Shown here: piece after piece, positions 37,506 to 48,185 of the stretch
How the letters are laid out: each line of letters begins with the position of its first letter
Numbering within the stretch: position 1 is the first letter of the stretch
Assembly (NCBI GenBank): GCA_963753435.1
Contig: CAVWCF010000001.1
Coordinates: 800,001-864,000 of the forward strand
Direction of reading: 5' to 3'
Source of the DNA: an uncultured Actinomycetota bacterium
Lineage (GTDB): Bacteria > Actinomycetota > Actinomycetes > CAVWCF01
Length of the DNA: 64,000 nt
The notes under the pieces: generated by a model
Database searches by the model: none
What the model saw: only the letters and a program-made list of their open reading frames with translations
What the model was told of the DNA's origin: nothing
Translations under genes and position numbers: made by a program

Positions 37506-40202
37506 CTACCGGCTGTCCGATCCGCGAGCCGAAACCGACGCCCGCCCCGCCTCCAGCCGCGCCACCGGCACCCGGAACGGCGAGCAGGACACGTAGTCCA
37601 GCCCGGTCTCGTGGAAGAAGTGGATGCTCTCGGGGTCGCCGCCGTGTTCCCCGCAGACGCCCAGGTGCAGGTTCGGCCGCACCGACCGACCCTCGGCCGC
37701 GGCGAAACTGACCAGCCGACCCACGCCGGCGACGTCGATCGACTCGAACGGGCTGACGCCGAAGATCCCCTTCTCCAGGTACTGCGAGAAGAAGGCCCCT
37801 TCGACGTCGTCGCGCGAGAACCCCCAGGTCGTCTGGGTCAGGTCGTTGGTACCGAAGGAGAAGAACTCCGCCGACTCGGCGATCTCCGCAGCGGTCAGCG
37901 CCGCCCGCGGCAACTCGATCATGGTCCCGATGGGGGCGCTCAGGTCCATCCCGCGCTCGGCGGAAACCTCCGCCAGCACCGCCTCGGTCTCGGCGCGCAT
38001 CAACTCCAGTTCCTGCACCGTGTCCACCAGCGGGATCATGATCTCCGTCCGCGGTGTGCCGCCGGCAGCCAGTCGATCCGCCGCCGCGTGCGCGATCGCC
38101 CGGACCTGCATCGCGTACAGACCTGGCACGACCAGACCAAGCCGAACACCGCGCAGGCCCAGCATGGGGTTCTGCTCATGCATGCGCTTGACCGCGTGCA
38201 GCAAGCGTTCGGTGTCCGCGTCCACCTCGCCAGAAGCCTTGGCCAGCGCGGCCTTGACCTCCAGTTCCACGAGGTCCGGCAGGAACTCGTGCAACGGCGG
38301 GTCGAGCAGCCGAATCGTGACCGGCAGCCCGTCCATGGCCTCCAGCAACTCCACGAAGTCGCCGCGCTGCAGCGGGAGCAGCTCAGCGAGCGCAGCCTCG
38401 CGCTCCTCGGCGTTGGCAGCCAGGATCAGTCGTTCCACGATTACCCGACGGTCGCCCAGGAACATGTGCTCGGTGCGGCACAGACCAATCCCTTCCGCGC
38501 CGAAACGGCGCGCCCGGGCGGCGTCCTCGCCGGTGTCGGCGTTGGTGCGGACGGCGAGTCGCCGAACCTTGTCCGCGTGCCGCATCAGGCGATCCACCGC
38601 CGCGACCAGCTCGTCGCCGTCGGCGACGTCCAGCCGCCCTTCGAAGTACTCCACGACCGGTGAGGAAACGACCGGGACGGCGCCCAGGAATACCTCGCCG
38701 GTAGAACCGTCGATGCTGATGACGTCGAACTCCGCGATCGTGGTCCCGTCCGGCAGCAGCGCCTGGCGCGCGACGGGGTCGACCTCCAACTCCTCGCACC
38801 CGACGACGCAGGTCTTGCCCATGCCGCGGGCAACCACTGCGGCGTGAGAGGTCTTGCCACCACGGTTGGTGAGGATGCCGGCGGCGGCGATCATGCCGTC
38901 GAGATCATCGGGGTTGGTCTCGCGACGAACCAGGACCACCGACTCCCCCGCGGCCGCCGCCTTCACGGCTTCGGCGGAGTCGAACACGACCTTGCCGACC
39001 GCGGCCCCTGGCGAGGCGCCGACGCCGTTGACCTTGGCCTGACGGTCCGGATCGGTGGCGAAGCGCGGGAACATCAACTGCGCCAACTGCTGGCCGGTGA
39101 CCCGCTGCAGCGCTTCGTCCTCGGCGATGACGCCCTCGTCGACCAACTGTGTTGCGATGCGGAATGCGGCTGCGGCGGTCCGCTTGCCCACACGGGTCTG
39201 CAGCATCCAGAGCTTGCCGCGTTGAATGGTGAATTCGATGTCACACAGGTCGCGGTAGTGCGACTCCAGTCGCGCCATGATCTGCATCAACTGCTCGTAG
39301 GCGGCGGGATCGATTCCGGCCAGGTCGTCCAGCGAGAGGGTGTTGCGGATGCCGGCAACCACGTCTTCACCCTGAGCGTTCTGCAGGTAGTCGCCGTAGA
39401 CGCCGCTGTGCCCGGTCCCCGGATCCCTGGTGAACGCCACGCCGGTGCCGGAGTCGGCGCCGAGGTTGCCGAACACCATGGTGCAGACGTTGACCGCGGT
39501 GCCGAGGTTGGCGGGGATGCGCTCCTGGCGGCGGTAAAGAATCGCCCGCGGTGCATTCCACGAGTCGAACACGGCCCGGATCGACAGGTCGAGTTGTTCG
39601 CGCGGGTCCTGAGGGAACTCACGACCCGTTTGCTCCAGGACCACCGACTTGAACTTGGCCACGACGGCGGCCAGGTCATCGGCGTCCAGGTCCAGGTCCG
39701 CGGTCGTGCCCTTGGCCTTCTTGGCGGCGTCCAGCGCGGACTCGAAATGCTCGCCTTCGATCCCCAGGACCGTCTTGCCGAACATCTGGATGAGCCGCCG
39801 GTAGGAGTCCTGCGCGAAGCGATCGTTTCCGGCCTGCTTGGCCAGCCCGACGACGGACTCGTCGTTGAGGCCGATGTTCAGGACGGTCTCCATCATCCCG
39901 GGCATGGAGAACTTGCCCCCCGAACGCACGCTGACCAGCAGCGGGTCAGCCGGGTCGCCCAGCCGTTGCCCCATCTGCTGCTCCAGGGCGGCCAGGTGCT
40001 CGGTGAGCTCAGCGGACAACTCCGGCGGCTCCGCGCCGTCGTGCAGGTAGGCCACACAAGCCTCGGTCGTGATGGTGAAACCGGGCGGCACGGGGATGCC
40101 GAGATTGGTCATCTCCGCCAGATTGGCGCCCTTGCCCCCCAACAAGTCCTTCAAGTCCTTGTTGCCTTCGGTGAAGTCGTACACGTACTTGGTCAACGTC
40201 AC
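37506..40202 (-). CDS. ppdK: Pyruvate, phosphate dikinase
   Basis: LLGGKGANLAEM, SMPGMMETVLN, GGKTSHAAVVARG (phospho-His), GTNDLTQ, CGEHGG, SCSPFRVP; the ORF-track upstream extension overlaps dusB and is spurious. Confidence 0.97.
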   Translation of the reverse strand: MTLTKYVYDFTEGNKDLKDLLGGKGANLAEMTNLGIPVPPGFTITTEACVAYLHDGAEPPELSAELTEHLAALEQQMGQRLGDPADPLLVSVRSGGKFSMPGMMETVLNIGLNDESVVGLAKQAGNDRFAQDSYRRLIQMFGKTVLGIEGEHFESALDAAKKAKGTTADLDLDADDLAAVVAKFKSVVLEQTGREFPQDPREQLDLSIRAVFDSWNAPRAILYRRQERIPANLGTAVNVCTMVFGNLGADSGTGVAFTRDPGTGHSGVYGDYLQNAQGEDVVAGIRNTLSLDDLAGIDPAAYEQLMQIMARLESHYRDLCDIEFTIQRGKLWMLQTRVGKRTAAAAFRIATQLVDEGVIAEDEALQRVTGQQLAQLMFPRFATDPDRQAKVNGVGASPGAAVGKVVFDSAEAVKAAAAGESVVLVRRETNPDDLDGMIAAAGILTNRGGKTSHAAVVARGMGKTCVVGCEELEVDPVARQALLPDGTTIAEFDVISIDGSTGEVFLGAVPVVSSPVVEYFEGRLDVADGDELVAAVDRLMRHADKVRRLAVRTNADTGEDAARARRFGAEGIGLCRTEHMFLGDRRVIVERLILAANAEEREAALAELLPLQRGDFVELLEAMDGLPVTIRLLDPPLHEFLPDLVELEVKAALAKASGEVDADTERLLHAVKRMHEQNPMLGLRGVRLGLVVPGLYAMQVRAIAHAAADRLAAGGTPRTEIMIPLVDTVQELELMRAETEAVLAEVSAERGMDLSAPIGTMIELPRAALTAAEIAESAEFFSFGTNDLTQTTWGFSRDDVEGAFFSQYLEKGIFGVSPFESIDVAGVGRLVSFAAAEGRSVRPNLHLGVCGEHGGDPESIHFFHETGLDYVSCSPFRVPVARLEAGRASVSARGSDSR

Positions 40203-40298
40203 CCTCACCTCACCCCGGACGGTCGGACGCCGGAACCCTAGACGCCAGGGGCGGGCCCGCGGCAGGGACCTCAGTCCGTCATCCGGGACAATCGGCGA

Positions 40299-41426
40299 AT
40301 GACTTCCCCACCGGCCCCGCTGACGCTGGGTCCGTACGAGTTGGCGACCCCCGTCGTGCTCGCCCCGATGGCCGGGGTCACCAACGTCGCGTACCGGCAA
40401 CTGTGCAACGAGTTCGGTGCCGGCCTGTGCGTCTCGGAAATGGTCACCACGCGCGGGCTGGTGCACGGAGACGCCACGACCAGATCCATGATCGCGTTCT
40501 CCGAAGGCGAGCGGCCGCGCTCGGTTCAGTTGTACGGAGTTGACCCCAAGGTGGTCGGTCGGGCCGTAGAAATCGTGCGCGCGGAGGACCTGGCCGATCA
40601 CGTCGACCTCAACTTCGGCTGCCCGGTCCCCAAGGTGACCCGCAAGGGTGGGGGGTCCGCGCTGCCGTTCAAGCATCGCCTCTTCGCCGGAGTTGTCGAA
40701 GCAGCCGTGCGCGCGGCCGGGCCGCTGCCGGTGACGGTCAAGATGCGCATGGGAATCGACGACGACCACCTGACCTACCTGCGGGCGGGGCGCATCGCCG
40801 AGGACGCGGGCGTGGCCTGGGTGGCCCTGCACGCCCGCACGGCGGCGCAGTTTTACGGCGGACAGGCCGACTGGTCGGCGATCGCCACGCTGAAGGAGGC
40901 GCTGTCGGTTCCGGTCCTGGGCAACGGCGACATCTGGACGGCCCAAGATGCGCTACGGATGGTCGCCGAAACCGGCTGCGACGGCGTCGTTGTCGGGCGC
41001 GGCTGCCTGGGGCGGCCATGGTTGTTCGGTGAGTTGCGGGCCGCTTTCCGCGGCCAGCCGCAGCCGCCGGCTCCCCACCTGCTCGACGTGATCGACGTGA
41101 TGAAACGTCATGCCGAACTGCTGGTCGCCGCCTTCGGGGAGAAGAAGGGCTGCATCGAGTTGCGCAAGCACATCGCCTGGTACCTGAAGGGGTTCTCCGT
41201 CGGTGGCGAGACCAGGTTGGCCCTGGCCCACGTGGAGTCGCTGTCCCAACTGGCGGATCTGCTGGCGCGCATCGATGCTGATCAGGTGCTGACCGCCGAG
41301 ATCGCATCCGCGCCGCGCGGGCGGACCAACACGGCCAAGCGCGTGGCGTTGCCGGCCGGCTGGCTGGACGATCCAGACGAGATGCTCGTGCCTGCCGGGG
41401 CCGAGTTGGCTCATTCCGGTGGGTGA
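40299..41426 (+). CDS. dusB: tRNA dihydrouridine synthase DusB
   Basis: LAPMAG, DLNFGCPVPKV, LHART, GNGDI, GRGCLGRPW. Confidence 0.95.
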   Translation: MTSPPAPLTLGPYELATPVVLAPMAGVTNVAYRQLCNEFGAGLCVSEMVTTRGLVHGDATTRSMIAFSEGERPRSVQLYGVDPKVVGRAVEIVRAEDLADHVDLNFGCPVPKVTRKGGGSALPFKHRLFAGVVEAAVRAAGPLPVTVKMRMGIDDDHLTYLRAGRIAEDAGVAWVALHARTAAQFYGGQADWSAIATLKEALSVPVLGNGDIWTAQDALRMVAETGCDGVVVGRGCLGRPWLFGELRAAFRGQPQPPAPHLLDVIDVMKRHAELLVAAFGEKKGCIELRKHIAWYLKGFSVGGETRLALAHVESLSQLADLLARIDADQVLTAEIASAPRGRTNTAKRVALPAGWLDDPDEMLVPAGAELAHSGG

Positions 41427-41427
41427 G

Positions 41428-42123
41428 GTGAGCGGTGCTGCCACGGTCGGAGCAGCCGCGACCGAGCAGTCCGCTGTTTCGCTGGACGTGTGGGCCGACA
41501 TTGCCTGCCCGTGGTGTTTCCTGGGGCACCGCACCCTCGAACAACTGCTGACATCTGGCGAGGCCGGGCCGGTGCAGCGCCGGCATCGCGCGTTTCTGCT
41601 GCGCTCGGACATGCCGGCCCGCGGCATCCCATACGACGAGTTGATGACTCAGATCTTCGGGAGCCGGGAAGCGGCGCTGCCTGCAGAGGACCGTCTCACC
41701 GCGCTCGGCGGCGCCGCCGGCATCAGGTTCGATTTCTCGGCCATGCCGGTGGCGGCCAACAGCCGGCTGGCGCACCAGGCAGTGCTGGCCAGCGAACCGG
41801 ACGCCCAGACTCACGTGCTGGATGCCTGCTACAGCGCCTACTGGGAACGTGGCATGGACATCACCGACCCCGACACGGTCCTGGGGCTTGCGGTCGAAGC
41901 CGGCGGCGGTACCAGGGAATCGCTGCTGCACGCGCTATCGAACGACACGGGCGCATTGGCTCAGGACCTCGCCGAGGCGCAGACCCTCGGCGTCCAGGCG
42001 GTGCCCACATTGATCGCCGACGGACGTCTCGCGGTCCAGGGCGCCCAACCGCCCGAACTGCTGACCCGGTTTCTGGCTCAGGCCCGTGCGCAGGCGGCGC
42101 CTAGCCCGACGACGCCCCGGTAG
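41428..42123 (+). CDS. DsbA/FrnE family thiol-disulfide oxidoreductase
   Basis: WADIACPWC, GVQAVPT cis-Pro loop, GAQP. Confidence 0.88.
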   Translation: MSGAATVGAAATEQSAVSLDVWADIACPWCFLGHRTLEQLLTSGEAGPVQRRHRAFLLRSDMPARGIPYDELMTQIFGSREAALPAEDRLTALGGAAGIRFDFSAMPVAANSRLAHQAVLASEPDAQTHVLDACYSAYWERGMDITDPDTVLGLAVEAGGGTRESLLHALSNDTGALAQDLAEAQTLGVQAVPTLIADGRLAVQGAQPPELLTRFLAQARAQAAPSPTTPR

Positions 42124-43500
42124 TCAGCCGCGGAACTCCGCACCCAGCCAACGCTCCAGGCCGTCCAGGCCGATCCGCTCCTGCTTCATGGTGTCCCGCT
42201 CGCGAACCGTCACCGCTTGATCCTGCAACGTGTCGAAGTCAACGGTGACGCAGTACGGGGTGCCGATCTCGTCCTGGCGCCGGTAGCGGCGACCGATCGC
42301 GCCGGCGTCGTCGAAGTCGACGTTCCAGTGCTTGCGTAGTCGCTGGGCGACGTCCTTGGCCACCGGACTCAGGTCGGCGTTGCGGGACAGCGGCAGCACT
42401 GCGACCTTGATCGGGGCCAGCCGCTTGTCCAGACGCAACACCGTGCGCTTGTCCACACCGCCCTTGGTGTTCGGCGCCTCGTCCTCGCTGTAGGCGTCCA
42501 TTAGGAACGCCAGCACCGCTCGCGTCAGCCCAGCGGCCGGTTCGATCACGTACGGAACCCAGCGCTCGGACTTGTCCTGATCGAAGTAGGACAAGTCCTG
42601 GCCGGAATGCTTCGTGTGCGTGGACAGATCGAAGTCGGTGCGGTTGGCGATGCCTTCCAACTCCGCCCACTCCGAGCCGCCGAACTGGAAGCGGTACTCG
42701 ATGTCCACGGTGCGCTTGGAGTAGTGCGACAACTTCTCCTGCGGGTGCTCGAAACGACGCATGTTGTCCGGGTTCAACCCCAGATCCACGTACCAGTCCC
42801 AGCGCTTCTTCAGCCAGTACTCGTGCCACTCCTCGTCGGTTCCCGGCTCGACGAAGAACTCCATCTCCATCTGCTCGAATTCGCGGGTTCGGAAGATGAA
42901 GTTGCCCGGCGTGATCTCGTTGCGGAACGACTTGCCGGTCTGCGCGATGCCGAAAGGCGGCTTCTTCCGCGCCGTCTGCATGACCTGCGCGAAATTGACG
43001 AAGATGCCCTGAGCGGTCTCCGGACGCAGGTAGTGCAGGCCCTCCTCGGTCTCGACCGGGCCCAGGTGGGTGCGCAGCAGCCCGTTGAACATCCGGGGGT
43101 CGGTCCAGGAGTCCTTGTTGCCGCAGTTGGGACAAGGGACCTCGGCCAGCCCGGCTGGTTCGCGGCCCTTGCGCTCGGCGAACTCCTCAAGCAGCGTGTC
43201 GGCGCGGAACCGGTGGTGGCAGGACGTGCACTCCGTCAGCGGGTCAACGAAGGCCTCAACGTGACCGGAAGCGGTCCAGACCTGCGGGCTCAGGATGATC
43301 GATGAGTCGATACCCACGATGTCGTCGCGGGAGTGCACCATCTCCCGCCACCACTCCCGGCGGATGTTCTCCTTGAGTTCCACCCCGAGCGGGCCGTAGT
43401 CCCACGCGGACCTGGTGCCCCCGTAGATCTCGCTGCACGGATAGACGAATCCGCGTCGCTTAGAGAGATTGACGATCTGGTCGACGAGGTCCACGGCCAC
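42124..43500 (-). CDS. glyQS: Glycine--tRNA ligase (dimeric alpha2 type)
   Basis: [44 protein letters not shown]. Confidence 0.98.
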   Translation of the reverse strand: MAVDLVDQIVNLSKRRGFVYPCSEIYGGTRSAWDYGPLGVELKENIRREWWREMVHSRDDIVGIDSSIILSPQVWTASGHVEAFVDPLTECTSCHHRFRADTLLEEFAERKGREPAGLAEVPCPNCGNKDSWTDPRMFNGLLRTHLGPVETEEGLHYLRPETAQGIFVNFAQVMQTARKKPPFGIAQTGKSFRNEITPGNFIFRTREFEQMEMEFFVEPGTDEEWHEYWLKKRWDWYVDLGLNPDNMRRFEHPQEKLSHYSKRTVDIEYRFQFGGSEWAELEGIANRTDFDLSTHTKHSGQDLSYFDQDKSERWVPYVIEPAAGLTRAVLAFLMDAYSEDEAPNTKGGVDKRTVLRLDKRLAPIKVAVLPLSRNADLSPVAKDVAQRLRKHWNVDFDDAGAIGRRYRRQDEIGTPYCVTVDFDTLQDQAVTVRERDTMKQERIGLDGLERWLGAEFRG

Positions 43501-43645
43501 GGCGCTTCTCCATCCGGCTGGTTGTCGGCGAGCGCGCGCGGCAACGGCCGCGCAGTCGCGTCAGGCTACCCGCGCATCGGGTCCGCAGCGGATCGGGGAC
43601 GATGAGCCCTCGACCGGGCTTGCCCCGGCGGCACCGGGAGGGCAG

Positions 43646-43948
43646 TTGAGCACCAACGGGTCAGGCGACGGCTTCGAGCGCGGTGGCTTCGAGGAGGCCA
43701 GCCGGCCCGCCCTGCGGTGGCTGTCCCGCCAGCCACGGTGGCTGCTGCTGCTTGCCGTCCTCGCCGCGCTGGTCGCCGGGCTGTTCCTTCGCAACGCCGT
43801 CGGCGGGGTGATCCTGCTGCTGCTGGCGGGGTTCCTGTCCTGGTTGCTGGCACTGAGTTGGCCAGTCCTGTCCCCAGGGGGTCGCTACCTGCGGCTGGGC
43901 ACGATCCTGCTGTTGGCAGCAGCGGCCGGCCTGCGGCTCGTATCCTGA
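43646..43948 (+). CDS. Small membrane protein (DUF6703-like)
   Basis: TTG start after GGGAGG; E.ASRP.L..L, three TM segments, LSWP. Confidence 0.65.
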   Translation: MSTNGSGDGFERGGFEEASRPALRWLSRQPRWLLLLAVLAALVAGLFLRNAVGGVILLLLAGFLSWLLALSWPVLSPGGRYLRLGTILLLAAAAGLRLVS

Positions 43949-43951
43949 CTG

Positions 43952-43972
43952 AATTGACAATCGTTTCCATTA
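43952..43972. promoter_or_regulatory. Zur box overlapping the -35 (TTGACA) of the znuA promoter
   Basis: AATTGACAATCGTTTCCATTA matches the actinobacterial Zur palindrome; CAGGAT -10 lies 7 nt before the ATG. Confidence 0.8.
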
Positions 43973-43990
43973 CCGGCCAGGATCGGCCAC

Positions 43991-44914
43991 ATGAAGTTGC
44001 TGACCGCGCTAGCCGGGGCCGCCACGCTGACCGCCCTGGCCGCCTGCTCGTCCGGAACTGACTCCGACGACGCAGCTGCCGACACCTTGTCCGTCGTCGT
44101 GTCCGCGTACCCGCTGCAGTTCGCCGCCGAGCGGGTCGGTGGGGATGCCGTGACCGTCACCAACCTCACTCCCCCGGGCGCTGAGCCGCACGACGTGGAG
44201 TTGACGCCGAAGCAGATCGCCTCGATCGGTGCCGCCGACCTGGTCCTCTACATCGGTGGCTTCCAGGGGGCCGTGGACGACGCTGTCGCCCAAGAAGGTG
44301 GCGACCGGTCCCTGGACGTCGGCGCCGGGCTCACCACCCTGCCGCCCACAGAAGACGCAATCGCCGAGGCGGTCGAGGAGGGCGAACCCGCTCCCGTCGG
44401 CGACCCGCACATCTGGCTGGACCCCACGCTGATGGCCGACATTGCCGGCGCCATCGAGCAGCGCTTGAGCGCACTGTCGCAGTCCGATTCGGCGGCATTC
44501 AGCCAGAACCTCGCCGCCCTGCAGTCGGAACTGTCGGACTTGGACCGCGACTGGGAAGACGGCACCAGGAACTGCGAGAGCCGCGACCTGGTCGTCAGTC
44601 ACGAAGCTTTCGGCTATCTGGGTCAGCGCTACGACTTCACTCAGGTCGGCTTGTCCGGGCTGGACCCCGAGGCCGAGCCGACGCCAGCGCGCCTGGCTGA
44701 AGTCGCCGACTTCGTCGTGGCCAATGACGTGACCACCATCTACTTCGAGACCCTCGTCGATCCCGCAGTAGCCGAGACGATCGCCGCCGAGACCGGAGCG
44801 AGCACGGCACCCCTGGATCCAATCGAAGGCGTGCTCGATGGCAGCGACGACGACTACCTTTCGCTAATGCGCGACAACCTCGCCGAGGTAGTCACCGGCC
44901 AGCGCTGCGCATGA
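43991..44914 (+). CDS. znuA: Zinc ABC transporter substrate-binding lipoprotein
   Basis: Lipobox LAAC, EPHD, DPHIW, SHEAFGY, YFE. Confidence 0.93.
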   Translation: MKLLTALAGAATLTALAACSSGTDSDDAAADTLSVVVSAYPLQFAAERVGGDAVTVTNLTPPGAEPHDVELTPKQIASIGAADLVLYIGGFQGAVDDAVAQEGGDRSLDVGAGLTTLPPTEDAIAEAVEEGEPAPVGDPHIWLDPTLMADIAGAIEQRLSALSQSDSAAFSQNLAALQSELSDLDRDWEDGTRNCESRDLVVSHEAFGYLGQRYDFTQVGLSGLDPEAEPTPARLAEVADFVVANDVTTIYFETLVDPAVAETIAAETGASTAPLDPIEGVLDGSDDDYLSLMRDNLAEVVTGQRCA

Positions 44915-44976
44915 GCAGGCGCCCGGGCGAAGCGAACCGGTGCTCAGCCGCGTACCGGTAGATGGCAAAGGTGTCC

Positions 44977-45741
44977 ATGTCGGAGTCCACCCCGTTCGTC
45001 TTGCGCGATGTCTGCGTTGAGTTCAACGGCGAAAAGGTCCTGGACGGAATCGACCTGACCATCACGCCTGGTGAGTACTTGGTGCTGCTCGGCGAGAACG
45101 GCTCGGGCAAGTCAACGCTGCTTCGCGCGATGCTCGGGCTGGTGCCATTGCGCTCCGGACAGATCGAGTCCCACGGGCAGCCGGTGGGTCGCGCGCCGAG
45201 GGACGTCGCCTACGTGCCACAGCGACTGTTGGCCGCGACCACGGTGCCGGTCTCGGTCCTGGAAACGGTTCGTGCCGCCCTGATTCAGCCAGGCAACCGG
45301 TTGCGCCCAGCGCGCCGGGAGTCGCGCCGCCGGGCCGCCGAGGCCCTGGACGCCGTCGGGCTACTGCACCGCCAGCACTCGCGCCTGGACACGCTGTCCG
45401 GTGGCCAACAACGCCGGGTGATGGTCGCGCGAGCGCTGGCCACCGGTGCGTCAACGCTGCTGCTGGACGAACCCACGGCCGGCATCGACGCCGACAGCGA
45501 GTTGCGGATGGCCGACGTCATCGCCGACCTGCACGCCAACGGTCGCACGATCGTGTTGGTCACCCACGACCTCGGGGAGATCACCCAGACAGCAACCAGA
45601 GCAGTGGTGCTCGGGGGCCGGCCTGCCGGTCGAGTTCGGTACGACGGGCCGGTGCCGCCACCAGCGCACATCTACACCGGGACCTGGCACCACCACGACC
45701 CGGACCCGGATCCGACCCGACCAGGCGTGGTGTCCGGATGA
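44977..45741 (+). CDS. znuC: Zinc ABC transporter ATP-binding protein
   Basis: GENGSGKST, YVPQ, LSGGQ, LDEPT, VTHD, C-terminal HHHD. Confidence 0.92.
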   Translation: MSESTPFVLRDVCVEFNGEKVLDGIDLTITPGEYLVLLGENGSGKSTLLRAMLGLVPLRSGQIESHGQPVGRAPRDVAYVPQRLLAATTVPVSVLETVRAALIQPGNRLRPARRESRRRAAEALDAVGLLHRQHSRLDTLSGGQQRRVMVARALATGASTLLLDEPTAGIDADSELRMADVIADLHANGRTIVLVTHDLGEITQTATRAVVLGGRPAGRVRYDGPVPPPAHIYTGTWHHHDPDPDPTRPGVVSG

Positions 45742-46553
45742 GCCTGCTGTCGTACGAGTTCATGCAGCGGGCGCTGCTGGCGGCGGTGGTCATCGGCGTG
45801 GTCGCGCCGATGATCGGAGTGTTCCTGGTGCAGCGGCGGTTGGCGCTGCTCGGGGACGGAATGGGACACGTGGCGCTATCGGGCGTCGGGCTGTCCTTCC
45901 TGCTTGGCACCGCCCCGGTCCCCACCGCGCTGCTGCTCGCGGTGCTCGGCGCGGTCGCCCTGGAGATCATCCGCGCCCGCAGCCGTACTGCGGGTGACTT
46001 GGCCCTGGCGATCGTCTTCTATGGCGGTCTGGCCGGCGGTGTCCTGTTCACGTCCCTGGCCGGTGGCCAATCGAGCAGCGCGCTGAACCAGTACCTGTTC
46101 GGCTCCCTGTCCACGATCTCTGTCAGCGACCTGGTTGCCCTGGTGGTCGCCGGAGTTCTGGTGGTCGCCGTGCTCGTGGTCTTCGGACGCGAGCTGTTCG
46201 CGGTCAGTCTCGACCCCGAGACCGCACACACCCAGGGCATCCGCACGCAGTGGATCAGCGGCCTGCTAACCGTCCTTGCATCCGTAACCGTGGTCATCGG
46301 GATGCGGACCGTGGGATTGCTACTGGTGAGCGCGATCATGATCCTGCCCGTAGCCGCGTCACAGCAGTTGGCCCGCTCATTCCGCGGCAGCGCCATCGGT
46401 GCTGTGGGAGTCGGCCTATTCGCTGCTACCGCCGGCCTGGTGGCGTCGTTCTACCTGGACGTTCCCCCCGGGCCGACGATCGTCTTCATGGCGCTGGGTG
46501 TCTTCCTCCTCGCCCTGGCCGCCGCCTCGCTCACCCGACGCGCGGTGGCGTAA
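45738..46553 (+). CDS. znuB: Zinc ABC transporter permease
   Basis: FMQRAL, GDGMGHVAL, YLFGS, VG.LLVSA.M..P. Confidence 0.93.
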   Translation: MSLLSYEFMQRALLAAVVIGVVAPMIGVFLVQRRLALLGDGMGHVALSGVGLSFLLGTAPVPTALLLAVLGAVALEIIRARSRTAGDLALAIVFYGGLAGGVLFTSLAGGQSSSALNQYLFGSLSTISVSDLVALVVAGVLVVAVLVVFGRELFAVSLDPETAHTQGIRTQWISGLLTVLASVTVVIGMRTVGLLLVSAIMILPVAASQQLARSFRGSAIGAVGVGLFAATAGLVASFYLDVPPGPTIVFMALGVFLLALAAASLTRRAVA

Positions 46554-46556
46554 GGG

Positions 46557-46584
46557 ATATGCATTGTTGCTAATGTACGCATAT
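46557..46584. promoter_or_regulatory. Putative ArsR/SmtB operator
   Basis: AT-rich inverted repeat ATATGC-N16-GCATAT overlapping the smtB start. Confidence 0.5.
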
Positions 46585-46909
46585 GGCTATGCCTGAAACC
46601 CCTGCGGAAGTCCCGAACTATGCGGGCTCCACGTTCGACGCAACGGCGGAGATGTTCAAGGCCCTCTCCAGCCCGCTAAGGCTGGCGATCGTGCACGCGG
46701 TCCATGCCGGCCCTAAGTGCGTCCACGACCTCGTTGACGAACTAGGCGTCTCCCAGCCCCTCGTGTCGCAACACCTGCGCGTGCTGCGGGCGGCGCGCGT
46801 GGTGCATGGCGAACGCCGGGGCCGGGAGATCGCCTACCTGCTCACCGACCACCACATCGGTCACATCGTCGGCGACGCGTTGGCGCACACTGCCGAGCCG
46901 CTGGAATGA
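46583..46909 (+). CDS. smtB: ArsR/SmtB family metal-sensing repressor
   Basis: CVHDLV, SQPLVSQHLRVLR HTH, alpha5 site DHHIGHIV.DA..H..E. Confidence 0.9.
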   Translation: MAMPETPAEVPNYAGSTFDATAEMFKALSSPLRLAIVHAVHAGPKCVHDLVDELGVSQPLVSQHLRVLRAARVVHGERRGREIAYLLTDHHIGHIVGDALAHTAEPLE

Positions 46910-47370
46910 GCAGCAGTAGAAACGGCGCGGACGCAACGTCCACGGATCTCGCGGTCCCCGGCCTGCGTGCCACCAAGCAGCGCGCAGCGCTGGCGGAGTT
47001 GCTCGAGCGCACCAGCGAGTTCCGCACGGCCCAGCAACTGCACGACGCCCTCAAGCAGGAGGGGCGACGCGTCGGGCTCACCACCGTGTACCGATCGCTG
47101 CAGGCCCTGGCCGACGCCGGCGACGTCGACGTCCGGCGAACCGACGACGGCGAAGCCCTCTACCGGCTGTGCGCCGACCGAGGCACGCACACGCACCACT
47201 TCCACCTGGTTTGCCGCAACTGCGCCAATGACGTCGAGTTGGACACACCAGCCATGGACAAGTGGGCGCACGACCTTGCGCGCGAACACGGCTACCGCGA
47301 CGTCAGCCACACGATCGAGATCTTCGGGCTGTGCGCAGCCTGCGCCGGGTCCGACGCGCAGCCCGACTAG
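46906..47370 (+). CDS. zur: Zinc uptake regulator (Fur family)
   Basis: TKQR, GLTTVYRSL, HHFHLVCRNC, HTIEIFGLCAAC. Confidence 0.92.
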   Translation: MSSSRNGADATSTDLAVPGLRATKQRAALAELLERTSEFRTAQQLHDALKQEGRRVGLTTVYRSLQALADAGDVDVRRTDDGEALYRLCADRGTHTHHFHLVCRNCANDVELDTPAMDKWAHDLAREHGYRDVSHTIEIFGLCAACAGSDAQPD

Positions 47371-47388
47371 GAGCGCGGCAGCGGGCGT

Positions 47389-48165
47389 CTAGCGACCGCC
47401 GACGTTCGGCTCAGCTCCGCCGTAGCGACGATCTCGCCTGGCGTACTCCACGCACGCCGCCCACAGGTCCGCGCGGCCGAAGTCCGGCCAGAGCACATCG
47501 GAGAACACCAACTCCGCATAAGCGGACTGCCACAACAGGAAGTTGCTGATGCGCTTCTCGCCACTGCTGCGGACGAACAGGTCGACGTCGGGCAGGTCCG
47601 GCTCATCAAGGTGACGGGCCAACACCTCCTCATCCACGTCGGCGGGGCGCAGCCGGCCGGCGGCGACATCGGCCGCCACCGCGGCGGCGGCGTCGGCAAG
47701 TTCCGCGCGACCGCCGTAGTTGATGCACATCGTCAGGGTGAGGCCGGTGTTTCCGGCGGTGACGCGTTCGGCGTCCTCAAGCTCGGACACGACCGAGCGC
47801 CACAACCGTTGCCGCCGACCCGCCCAGCGCAGCCGGACACCCAACTCGTTCATCTGATCCCGCCGCCGGCGCAGCACGTTGCGGTTGAAACCCATCAGGA
47901 ACCGCACCTCGTCGGGGGAACGTTTCCAGTTCTCGGTGCTGAAGGCGTAGGCGGTCAGATACCGCACCCCGATCTCGATGGCGCCTTCGACGACGTCGAA
48001 GAGGGCCGCCTCACCGGCCTCGTGGCCGGCCGTCCGCGGCAGGCCACGTTGGGCCGCCCATCGACCGTTGCCGTCCATGACGACGGCCACGTGCCGCGGG
48101 ACCAGTTCAGCCGGAAGCTGCGGGGCGACACGAGGCGGCGTCGTCTCCTCGGGCGGCGCGGTCAC
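47389..48165 (-). CDS. uppS: Isoprenyl transferase (undecaprenyl/decaprenyl diphosphate synthase)
   Basis: [41 protein letters not shown]. Confidence 0.97.
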   Translation of the reverse strand: MTAPPEETTPPRVAPQLPAELVPRHVAVVMDGNGRWAAQRGLPRTAGHEAGEAALFDVVEGAIEIGVRYLTAYAFSTENWKRSPDEVRFLMGFNRNVLRRRRDQMNELGVRLRWAGRRQRLWRSVVSELEDAERVTAGNTGLTLTMCINYGGRAELADAAAAVAADVAAGRLRPADVDEEVLARHLDEPDLPDVDLFVRSSGEKRISNFLLWQSAYAELVFSDVLWPDFGRADLWAACVEYARRDRRYGGAEPNVGGR

Positions 48166-48185
48166 GCGCGAACGCTAGCCGTCGC

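Noticed and set aside
40203-40946. N-terminal extension making ppdK 1146 aa
   Set aside because: It overlaps dusB on the opposite strand; PPDK homology starts at KYVYDF.
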